A stretch of 64,000 nt of DNA from Balanoglossus misakiensis (Eukaryota; Animalia; Hemichordata), in the NCBI GenBank assembly GCA_040954595.2, contig CM082592.2, forward strand, positions 12,129,796 to 12,193,795, written 5' to 3'. Both the position numbers and the translations under genes were made by a program. Under the pieces are notes generated by a model. That model saw only the letters and a program-made list of their open reading frames with translations. It was not told the DNA's origin and ran no database searches. This document shows positions 26,570 to 37,870 of this stretch, piece after piece. Numbering within the stretch: position 1 is the stretch's first letter; each line of letters begins with the position of its first letter.

Positions 26570-29500
26570 CTACTGTAGGGGTGAGTGGGCAAACGGCACC
26601 ATGATTCTGGACTTCATCTTGCGAATCAGTGGAACTGAAAATAAGATGACATGCTGTAAGAGCAGAGCACAGCAACCAAAAACTTGTTGCATTAAATCCA
26701 AAACTTCAACAAAGTCCAAACCATTGCTCAGAAATGATTGATAATGACTAGACAGAGAGATACATAGATACATGACCTAACTGCAAGTCTCCTTCAGTGG
26801 GACAAACAACAGACAGAGCGTATCTCATTTCCACAAACAACTCACCTGTGTATGCAACACAGGAATCCCAGCCCGGCTTCCTCCATGTACTCTCACGGAT
26901 ATCTTTACGTACTTGTAAATTTTCATAAGCTGAGAAAAAAACATATACAAAAAAATACTATACATCCACACAAGACACTCCTCCCATTGAAATTTTAAAA
27001 CATTACATCACAAGATGAGCCACAAGAAAACTCATCAGAAGCCATCTTAAAGAGTCAACACAATCAATGCAATTCACTAGTTACTACTACTAACCTACTA
27101 CTTCAATGAAATCAAAGACATGGAAAAGTGCACTGAACTGAAAACAGAGCATTAGTGACTCTAGAAATTAAAAGCGAAAGAATAAAATAAAGTGATGATA
27201 AATTAATTCATCCATCCATCACTGCTAAAATTCTGTCAGAATTATAAGTTTCACTTTACATATGAGGGGCAGGTAGTAGATTAATTGTGCACTATGTCGT
27301 TTTGTTTGAGTACAGAACTGCAGCATGATGGATGACAGAAACAGACTAGGCCAATAACAAAAATAGATAGATGGTGTAAACACAGGAAAGGTGGCAAGAA
27401 AAGCTGGTTTGCAAGCCTAACAGTGAAATGGGTGCCACAATGATAGCAATCAAACAATGAACATTGAAATGAAAAGTATAAAATATAAAAAGATGAGTGC
27501 AAGGCAAGAGAAATAGTACCATATTTGTCTCATTACTTGGTAACATATCATTTTGTATTTGCTTCTGCTATTAGTGTTTGATGGGGCAGATATCAGAGCA
27601 ATTGCGTCTTTTAATATGCAACTACTCTAGTTCAAGAAGTTACCATAACAAGACAAATATGGTATCAACACGGGTGAGTAAGCAGTAAGCTTCATTTGTA
27701 TGACCTACAGGTTGCGTTTCAGCCGGGCACGGACCGACAATTTTTCAGCACAGGGTAGATTTTATGTTCATTAACGTACATGTCTCTACTCAGTTTACAA
27801 CCTCCACCGGAGATGATAAAATGTACGATGATGGACATGAACAGTCAAAACATGGAAAAAATTCTTAATTTGTGGGTTTTTACCAAAAATATGATGAACC
27901 AAATAAAGGTCACCAATTTGGGTAAACATTCCTCGAACAGCTTCATTGTGGTCGTTGCGGACCTTTATACCTTTGGCCCTGCATCATGCAAATGAGGGAG
28001 AAAGCGTTAAATCGAGAAAGAATCAGTAAAGCGTGAGTAAAATAAAACTAGTGTTCCCAGATATTGGCTGAGGATTGTGTAAATTTGTGAAGGAGGAATT
28101 TACATAAATTATAGTGTTCAATATGGGAAACTCCATCAAACGGATGTACACCACAAATGGTCCACGATTCTCAGCCAGTATCATGAGCTTGTGCTTTGGA
28201 TTGTGGAAGAGACCATTTCAAATTTTCCATCCTACCCCATATGTGATGAACCATATACAAGTCGCCAATCTGAGTGAAAAGGCCCGTAATATTCTCACCG
28301 TGGGCGCGACGACATTCAATACCACGTGCCCTTGAGAGGAAGAAAATATGTCCACAGACACGCAGAATGGAATCAGTGTTATCCAAAACACATCTTGATG
28401 TGTGTCCCCCTCGTCAAAGTCCAATGCATGGTCTCCCTGCTACAGATCTCATGCAATGTCATCTCCCATATGCACTCACACACACCAATAATAGTCACCC
28501 TCCACATACTTCAAGGTCTACAACTAAAAGAGGTTTGCAGTCCCCTTCTCTGACACACAAACCCAACACCTTTCTCAAATACATATTCCATGCTGAAGTA
28601 ATAGACTTCATTTCACAGCTATAACACATTCAGAAATGTATTTTTTTATCTGACTTTCTGTAAGAGGTTTTAATCTTACCAGTTGTTTCCCCATTCAATC
28701 ATGGTTCCAGGCTGCAAATGAAATTTATTACATGTGAAATGATTAATTTTCCCTGGGTATTATCATCGACATGAAATAATACAAAAAGTCGCATTCCCTT
28801 GTATGATATTCTATATCTTATTACTATGCAATCTGTTTTGGTAAGATGTCACCAGACAAAATCCATTCTTTACAGTCATTCCCAGAACAGAGGATCCCGA
28901 CTGTCAGAATAAAGTCATCATGACTCACGGTTCATAGCAATAAAAGTTTTATAAGGGTCAAAATGTAAATAAAGGTGTAGATCTCATATGCTGAAGGAAG
29001 AAACTTCACAAAATCTCAACATTTTCTCGTGTTTACAATTACACCTTTTTTTAATTTTCTTTCATCGATACGCTTTGTTTTCAAAACAAATATGTCCCTG
29101 AATATCTGGTCAACATCTTTTCACACCACCCACCTTCAGATGATAACTTCTCATTTCATAGATGTTATTCTTTGTCTTTCTCGGTTCAGGATCTCCCCAG
29201 AAGCTGAACGCTTGCAGGAGTTGATTTTCTCGCGAAATCAGCATCTTGGCCCTTGCTTTCTTGAAAGCCAAATAATCCTGGGAGAACATGGAAAAGCGTT
29301 TTCACAGAATTTATTCAACTGGGTTGATTTATCGTTTGTTCACTATCCTTCACACACAAAAAAACACTCGTCTTTCTTGCCTCACTAGATCCAAAACACA
29401 CTTTACAACTTCCTTTATCACTAAAAATTCCCTGAAGAGTCTTCAAAAAGATCTGCTTGTGCCATTTCACAAGTGTCACATATGAAATCAGCAACATGTC

Positions 29501-32362
29501 AAAGGTTGTGCATAATTAACATTTAGACATAAATACTCACTGCGTCAGAATAGAGGATAGATCTTGTATCCATGATGTCCCTGTATCCATTCTCATAAAG
29601 CCACAGGTGAACTGTGAATAAGAAAATACAGTCAAACCTGCGTTAGTGGCCACCTCTGTATAGTGAAAACCTGTCTATAATGGCTACTTTGTTACAATCC
29701 TTGTGGAATTTACATGTACAAGTAACTGGCCTGTCCAAAAAGGCCAGTATAGGAAAGTCCCTTGACTGACTACTGTAAACAGTTTTGACTGTAGCAGCAA
29801 CAGTTTCAGTTAGTAGTTTGTCCATGGCCACTTCTGAAGTATACATTCATAAAATACTATTTTAACTGCTGTTTGTGGGTTGCAAACCTCATCACTCAAA
29901 TACCACACTTCACAATTGGTTATTAGCTGTATGATTGGTAATGGTGCAAACTTACTTGCTTGGTCCTGTTGTCCAAATGTTGTCAGCCAGCTACCAAACA
30001 ACTTGCAGGGTATACTTCCGTCTTCATGTCGATTCTTTAAATGTTCCTCTCTAAAAGAAATTAAAAATAAAAACACCACTTTAAACACACACAATTCACT
30101 ATCCTTTAGTACATGGAAATCACTAAAACCATAATTTCACTCAGAATTAAAATACGGTAGATGAAATACTCACGCAGCTATTTTGTAATCATCAAAGGCT
30201 TCTGGTTTAATGTCATGAACTGAAAGAAAATCAAAATACACATTAACATGTGGCAGTGTGACTGAACTGTAAACTGAACCCTGTCTAATCTGGACATAGA
30301 ATCATGTTCTAAAGAACCTCTACAAACCAGACACCTCTACACACCGAAGTTTCTTCAGTCCCTTTGGTGTTCAGTTTAGGTTTTACTGTATTTACTTACT
30401 TTGCAGCTCATAGACATGTTCTTTTGTTGCTAAAAGTCTGGAGTGGGCATCTTTGACAGGTGCTACTGATCTGACAAACAGTTTGTCTAGAAGTCCTTCC
30501 TTCTGTCCATTACTGTCGGATGTATTAAGATTTCTGCAAAAGGAAACATTTTTATTGTGTTAGTTAATAAGATTAGCTGGACTCTGAGGTCGTAAAATAT
30601 TCTCAGCAAAAGAAATTGGATAGAAGTGATTTCTCTCTCTGGGTATGAATCACTCATTGTCATATCTGAATTTATCCTGTGTGCATTTGTCTGCATAAGT
30701 GCACTATATATATTTTGCAAGGACGGTGACCTTGCGTGACCCACCATAAAAGGTGGCCATCTCAAGCTGCTCCAGGTCACGTATTCATGCATCAAAATGA
30801 TAAAAACTGGAGCAAATTTAAACAGACTTATTAAACTTTAACTAATTCAACCTAAAATGTGACATGTAGTGAATAAGGTTGATAACTGTCGGAGATAAAT
30901 AAACATACAGGACACAGATACGAGTGGAAGCAGTAGATATGCTTACAGAACAGTACTAAACCAAGACGCTTCTCTGTACTTCACTGCTATCTGCTGTGTC
31001 AGAACCCGCCTGAGAAGTGAATGCCCATGACATCTGCATACGCAAGCCATGATGTAAAAGTCACGGTCTTCTACAGCTCACGTTTTAAAGCCTTGGCACG
31101 AAATAGTCATGAAAAGCCAGTGTATATAAAACACCACGTACGGCAGCCTGCGTCATCAGCTGTTACATGGCACATACCATTTGACTGAAGGTAGAACCAG
31201 TATGGTCCATTTTCCAAGCCAATCAGAGTTTAGCATAATGTGGGTGTGAGTGGGGTGGTGTTTTCTAGTTTGCATGACAATGAGGGAAAATAGCCTGATT
31301 ACAAATTAAATTGCAGTGGTTTGCTAAATGTTTACAATGTTTTCTTGCAGTTGATGCCAAAGGTGGCTCTTAATCACAGTCTTATCAAGTGATTTATGAT
31401 GGCTTGTTCTAGATTTATATTTACATGCACATGAAAATCCAAACACAGCCACAGCTGCGAGGACATACAGAAGAGTCAAGTTCTAAAAGTTGTATGAGTC
31501 TGGTGTATTTTGCCCTATCTTATTTTCAAAAAATCATATCAATGAGTTGTCATGACCATCTTTAACACCCAATTATAAAGAGTGAAATGATCTACAATCC
31601 TAGCCTGGCAATTTTCAAAATACCCCAAACTTAAAAAAAAAGTTATTATATGTTTATAATACTCTACAGCAAAGTACTCGCTACGCTAAATATTTTCAAT
31701 AACCACTGTACTGTAAACAAATTAACAAATATAAAGTTTCATCATAATCATGATGTTATTGACGTATTTAAAACAGACATTGCCTTCAACAGTCCTCCCA
31801 TAGTCCGGAAAATGACTGCTTTGACTTGATCAGCATTTTGTTCATACTAGCAACCTTCATTTTCTCAATCTCAGTCCTGCAGGCAACACTGGTGATGCGG
31901 TGAAAAAATCTCATATTGGAATTTTCGAGTGAAGGTGATGTGACATTGAAGGGCGCCTCCTGGTGTTTAAAGGGAAAAAGTGCACCCTGTGTCTACGATA
32001 CTGATGCCAAATTACCGCATTCTTTTAGGTTCAGACACTGATTAAACTATGCCATATGTTCATAACGTCTAGTTAGGTCGAATAAATACACAGTAAAGAC
32101 AATTTTGACCCGACCTTGAAAGTTGAATTACATTTACGTGCAACATTGTTGTACTCGTATGGCTGGCGACATGAGACACCGTGTTAAACTTCCCAGAAAT
32201 GTGGAATTTTAACATCTAGTCTCTGAATCATCAACTTTTTCTGACTTTTCAATAACACAGAGTGAAGTGACAGAGGGGTATAACATACCTGCAAATGACA
32301 GGCGCTAATAGCCTGTTATTTGTTCGCAGATGCAAAGCGATCCTCCTGGTAATGGCCGCCAT
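26570..32362 (-). CDS. NIPSNAP: NIPSNAP1/2-family mitochondrial protein (10 coding exons plus alternatives)
   Basis: Exons 32289-32362, 30400-30533, 30174-30219, 29956-30050, 29541-29611, 29134-29277, 28680-28711, [28236-28330 or 27884-27978], 26846-26929, 26570-26634; all GT-AG and phase compatible. Family motifs: DAHSRLL, GSW..QDQA.HLW, FSFWGDP, NIYEMRSY.LKPGTMIEWGNNW, FTQIGDLY.VHHIW, WRKPGWD.CVAYTVPLI..M.SRIM.P...SPLQ. Confidence 0.95.
27884..27978 (-). CDS. NIPSNAP: NIPSNAP mutually exclusive exon 8B (AKGIKVRNDHNEAVRGMFTQIGDLYLVHHIF)
   Basis: 95 nt, tgcag|...|gtaaaa, phase 2 to phase 1, open frame, paralogous to exon 8A. Confidence 0.88.
28236..28330 (-). CDS. NIPSNAP: NIPSNAP mutually exclusive exon 8A (ARGIECRRAHGENITGLFTQIGDLYMVHHIW)
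   Basis: 95 nt, ttcctctcaag|...|gtagga, phase 2 to phase 1, open frame. Confidence 0.9.
29629..29791. mobile_element. Tc1/mariner(pogo)-type MITE in a NIPSNAP intron
   Basis: TA-cagtcaaac...gttttgactg-TA: terminal inverted repeats with a TA target duplication. A decayed relative may lie at ~30265-30390. Confidence 0.7.
30947..31050 (-). CDS. NIPSNAP: Alternative first exon of NIPSNAP (MACVCRCHGHSLLRRVLTQQIAVKYREASWFSTVL)
   Basis: Kozak-like atcATGG, 104 nt ending in phase 2 with donor GTAAGC, matching exon 2. Basic, nearly acid-free, presequence-like peptide. No in-frame acceptor upstream. Confidence 0.65.
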
Positions 32363-32580
32363 TTTTTCTAGGTGCGTGTTTTGAAGCCTCGCTCTCGATT
32401 CCGTCTGCTACCACAGCGCCAACAGTCGACGATAAAAGGAAATGAAATCTGTCGTCTCCTAGCAACTCCGCCATATTGTTTTCGATGCTGCTGGTCGAAG
32501 GTCTGTCTTTCCCGAAGAGCCGATCATTGTCATACATTTTCTATTTAATCGCACGCTAGTCAGGACACCCGATCATCAAA
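32363..32580. promoter_or_regulatory. Bidirectional promoter NIPSNAP/CFAP73 with RFX X-box (32454-32466) and YY1-like motifs
   Basis: Start codons are 218 bp apart and head-to-head in CpG-rich DNA. GTCTCCTAGCAAC fits the X-box consensus; ccgccatattg and gccgccatttt fit YY1. Confidence 0.7.
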
Positions 32581-35024
32581 ATGGGAACCGTTAGTCTGGA
32601 AGAGTATTTTAGGACTACCTTTGAGGATAAACTCCTTGTGTAAGTATGATATTGCTGGGCTGCATCGGATCCTTGGTTGGAGACTAATCACATTGCTGGT
32701 TCAACTTCAATGTTTATGTTATTGACTATATTGCTTATCACTTATTAATAACCCCTTTAATACTGGGATCTAATAGCAGACTTTGCAAAATTAAAGCAAC
32801 ATTTTAGCCCCGGCCCGTGTATTGCTATTTTTCTCTGTTCGACCGTCAACGTCAATAAAAAATGTAAACATTGCCATTTTCTCTACCTGCATGCACATAC
32901 CAAGGAATGCACGGTACGATCGATGTCAATATCAGTATAATAAATACATGTTGTGGGAACATAGGCAATCAATATCTTGTAATTTGAGTTTTATTGTTCT
33001 TGTTAAATTCTTGTTAAACTTTGCGATTTTAAATGTGTATCACGGTCACCCTGTTTACAGTAAGATGCCTGAGCGAGAAGATGACCACTTGACTCCAGCT
33101 ACCAGGCTGTTGGAAAAGAGGCGAGAGATGGCAGAGGTAGAACAAGCTCTTGCAGCTCAGAAAGAGGTAAGACGTCATTAAAGTTGTGTGTTACTGCTGC
33201 AGTACTAAATTTTACCAAAATTACACTCTGATCTAGTGTTGCTGCCACATCCATACACATATTTTGTAATATGGTATGCGCTTTCCTTGTACAACTAATG
33301 CCCAGCTTGCATTGAATACATAAACTACATGATTACTCATTACTGTGAAATTTGCTATGATTTCTCCTGTCATTTAAAACCCAAATGCAAGTTTTCTTGT
33401 ACATGTAATACTTTATGGAATTCCCACGCAATTGATTTTATTTGTTAATTGTTTTTTTCAAGGAATTCCAAATGAAGATGGAAAGTTTACAACAGAGGAG
33501 AGAAGAACTGGAGAGGAAAGAGTACCAACTTAAAGAGTCACTTTTAAAGTTTGATAAATTCTTGAAGGTAAGTATACAATTATTTTTCCCCCTGAAAACA
33601 CATTTAACATAAAATTTTCTGTTATGAGCAACGCCTGCATTTTCAACATTTCAGGAAAATGACTCTAAGAGAGCTAGAGCTGTCAAGAAAGCACACGATG
33701 AAAGAGATCTCAAGAAATCGAAAGACAAAGAAATTGACCGACTTTTGGAAGAGAAGAAGGAGTTAGAACAAGCCAGGGACAAACTGGCCAAGAAATTATT
33801 TAAGCACACCATATTTCATAAGTACCTGGAGAAGGTATTGGAGACAGCTGACGAATTTCATGAAATTAGAGAAATTATCGCCAGATATGATACTCTGGTA
33901 GCAACACATGAGGTGAGACATGCTCCTTGTATGTTTGTCGGTAATTCGTCAGCCTGTAAGGTTTTAAGAAACACAGTGTTTCTTAAAACATTACAGGGAC
34001 CAAGCATTTGTCTTTGGACATAACTGACAATAACTTTTGTTTTTCAAAATGCAAACACTGACAACACAAAATACATTCTGTATGACAGGATCTGATAGAA
34101 AAGGACCACGAAAACCAGGAAGCAGTAGAAGCTGAGAGAACCAGAATCCATAAATTTACAGAAGACAAAAATAATGAAATTTTGAATTACAATAATCAGC
34201 TGGCACATTTGCAAACAAGATTAGATCGAGCACAGAGTGAGGCTGTCAAATGGTAAGTTATCAAATGGAAATTTAGTGGACCCATAGTTGACAAAGAGAA
34301 TCATCTAAATTTTATACTTTTTATTATGAACAAATTGATACAGCACTGTCACCACACATCCACTGAGTAGAATAAGAGAATTTTCTGTTGTTGATGATTT
34401 TCTTCCTTCCCATAGGGAATCTGTATGGACACATATTAAAAACACAGCTGCCAAAAAGACACTTCTATTAGGTAGAATTAAAATGTAAGTATATTCAGTC
34501 TTGCTTTTAGGTCTGTTCATGAACTGTCGATATCACCATTTTGAAAAGAAGAGTCACAAAATGGATCAAAAGTTGAAATGCTAGAATATACTTTCCTTCA
34601 CCAAGAACTCCTGGCAGACTGATAGGTGTGAGAAGCTCATTTTGGTAGCCTAATAAGAATGTTTCTGTTTTCTTGGTCTCCAGGGCAACACACAACTTGT
34701 TTATGCTTGTCAATAGACATCTGAAACAGCAACAACTTGTAGAAGACACAACAGAACAACTTAGTAAGGTGAGTTAGAGTTGGTTGGTTGTCACAACAAC
34801 CTGTAATCATAGTAACATGTCATAGGAAGTAAAGAAATTATTATTTAACAAACTTGTTTGTAAAATCCTTTGGATGATGTGGCCCTACACTGGAAATAAA
34901 TCAATATTGATGTTTCCTCAAAAAACAGATTCAAGTTTTCATCATGGACCTGACACAGATCACTCAAGAAATCAAACGAGCCGAAACACTTGGTACGTCA
35001 GTGGGTGGTGGATCATCCAGCTAG
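32581..35024 (+). CDS. CFAP73: Cilia- and flagella-associated protein 73 / CCDC42 family (DUF4200 coiled coil)
   Basis: Exons 32581-32639, 33061-33166, 33463-33567, 33655-33912, 34089-34252, 34416-34484, 34684-34768, 34929-35024. Motifs: [77 protein letters not shown]. Confidence 0.92.
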
Positions 35025-36783
35025 ATGTTTTTTTTTCCTGAAAATCTCCAAATTCAAAGGATATCACACCTCGTAGCATGTGCCATCTGTGTGTCAACTG
35101 GAAATCATCCAGGGCGCCCTCAGATGCCTTCTTTTTTCACGTCAGCCTCTTGTTAACACACAGATTGAGAGGCACTTTTTTGCATCATTTTGAGAACTAT
35201 GAAGCATTAAGTAATAATTTTATGGCTTGACTGTCAGGTCAAATAGAAATCCGACAATATTTTGATTCATAAGATAAAGATGACAACAACAATGGTTTTC
35301 ATGAGCCTTATTATTTCTACTGTGTGGCAGTGTGAAGGGATTCAATAGTATCTGTCATTTGATGGTATGCATTGTTTGTTGATCAAAAATTATATCTATG
35401 TAAATTTTGTTCTTTTCAAAACTCATTCCCTAGGTTTACTTAAGTTGTGGGAACTCATGGAAGGAATGTGAGGTTTGAGTGTCAGTGTGATGGTTATGCT
35501 GGGAGACCATGGAGGGATGTGAAACAGAGTGTATGTGTGTATCAACAGAACAATGGTTTGATTGATGAGAGACTGAATGTATTCTATGTATCAACAGAAC
35601 CAAGATACAACTTCATGTAAATAAAGCATTGACAGTGTTTCTTCCGAGTGAAATGTTATCTTGCTTGTTTAAAAATATTACATTAAAAATAATTTTTTTA
35701 CCACCATAAAATTAAACAGCATGGGCTCTTCCTTCAGTTTATGTAATTACATACAATCATGTCATCATCTCTGTTTTGTCTTACTCTATATTTGGTCATA
35801 CGCATACGTACTTCCTGTGGTGTTGAGACCAGGGAGAGGTTTTAAAAGAGAAATTGATCAGCAAATTCCACTGGAGTGGACATCACTCTCACACCAGTTG
35901 GCCTGGTCATAGCAGTTCACATTTATAATTAGTACAGGTTACAGGACATTTACACACTGGATACTCACTCACTATAACGTTATTCCAAACCCTTGCTCTG
36001 GCTGTTGGCTGCAGGGAAATGTCCAGGTGGGGAAAGCATACTGTTGAATACTTGTTTTCACTGAAAACAAAATATTTAAATATCATTATGATTTTCACTG
36101 CTTTTTCTTGTCAACATACACATAAAGATTGGGAAATAAGTGAAAATAGTGGAAATAAAGTTTTCCACAAAGTTTTCCATAGTACATGGAATGTTTACTC
36201 AACAGAAAAGATGTGGACTCACAACTAAATACAAACTAAATTGAGAAGAACCATCAACATGAACATAAATTGTTTTATTGACATTAATTATTCTTATAGT
36301 TGAAATGTTTCATTGAGGGTATTTTATACGGGATTGTATAGGAAGGCAAAAAACAAGTCTCAGTGAAGTTCAAGTACAAATTTAGCTGTGATTTTTTTTA
36401 TCATCAGCTGTGTATAACATTGATATTTAATAAGTTTTTTTTTCAGATATTGAAACAACCATTCAGAACCTGTGAATCTTAGAACATCTGCAAAGTAACA
36501 GTAACTGTTTCTTTTCAGGCACAACGATAAACATTTGTTCTGAATAAATTTTTTGGACATTCCAAGATTCGGTTGAATATAATATGCATTATATGCTATG
36601 AAACAAGATCTACAAAAACTCAAAACTTGCTATATATGCCATGATACAATACATTTTTGAAAATGAAAGAACAGCAATGTCAAAATATTGCTTACATGCA
36701 ACCGTAAACTCAACAATAATATTGACTGCATTTACATATTATACCACTCTTTCCCTGTTCAATTTTGCAAGCAGTTGTCCTGA

Positions 36784-37020
36784 TTAAGGTAGTACGCACC
36801 TCAGGGACAGATTTTCAGATAAAAAAGTGACTTTTCCAAATTCTAAGACACGAAAATAGTGTTCACCATCTTTTGTACAAAATCACCACATTTTCCCCAT
36901 AGAGTTGACAAAGAGATTGTCAGCCATTTTGAATGTTTGAAATGCGAGACAATTTGACGTAGCCCTTTCATTTCAAATGCAAAGAAAATCATCAAATGAC
37001 TAAGTTTCTACATTGTTAAA
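36784..37020 (+). mobile_element. TTAA-flanked non-autonomous repeat fragment (ttaaggtagtacgcacctc...)
   Basis: Homologous in reverse to 21900-22180; begins at TTAA. Right boundary approximate. Confidence 0.5.
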
Positions 37021-37502
37021 GGTATAATTAGCAATACAAAAATAAGTCTTGATACATTTTTCACTACATAGTGTATGGGAGTTCTATCAAGTTAGGCCAT
37101 GCATATTTCTCTTGTTGTTTGTAGCAACTTACAACTTATCACTATTAGAAACTAATTAACATTCAACTCAAATCAACTCCTGGTTTATTATAGAGTAACA
37201 AGGCTTAACAAGTGGAATATCAATCTTATGTTTACGACATGTCACTAAATATAAGTAAAGAAATACTGGAAAAAGAACTATACATTATTTCTCCTCTAAA
37301 CTAACCTTTGTAATGGAACTGTACAACATATGATATCTAACAAAAAAAAAACACAGCCCTAGTCTGAATAACTCAGACTGAACACATCTGAGTAAAATAT
37401 ACAAGTTGTTTCAGATAAATGTTGAGACATTTCCATTACAGCCCATGTTTAGTTTATAAAACTCACTAAATGATGATGTCATAAGTAGATGTCATTTTAC
37501 CT

Positions 37503-37595
37503 TTAACCCTTTCACCCCCAGTTTCCTCTTTAGAGTTCCAACCATACCACAGAAAACAATGGGTTTGGACCAAACCATGGTGGTGAAAGGGTTAA
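37503..37595. mobile_element. piggyBac-type MITE (85 bp between TTAA sites)
   Basis: TTAA-ccctttcacc...ggtgaaaggg-TTAA: perfect 10-bp TIR with CCC termini and TTAA TSD. Confidence 0.8.
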
Positions 37596-37870
37596 AAGGA
37601 CAACATTTATAAATTATTTGCGTTGGCATTGTTTGATGCGTCACAAAACATTCAGGAAAAAAACTAATTTACTTTGCTTCCAATACCAAAGTCAGCGTGT
37701 TTGTTGACATGACCATTTATACCGATCTGCATTTCACACATCTGACTCCAAGCCCTGTATTATAATAACCTCTACAGTTCTAGTCAATTATTGCTCTATG
37801 GTATAAAATTTAAAACATAATATGATGCTTTTGGCAGGTGCTTTTCCTTCAAAATTTCTCATATTGCATT

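Noticed and set aside
27643-27706. Possible third copy of NIPSNAP exon 8 (HTNEAYCLLTRVDTIFVLL, minus strand)
   Set aside because: Wrong length and phase (TGA in the required frame), and only NEA is shared; it is instead part of an intronic stem.
28053-28218. H/ACA snoRNA reading of the two-hairpin fold
   Set aside because: The sense strand has a terminal ACA but no ANANNA hinge; the antisense strand has a hinge-like ACACCA but no ACA tail.
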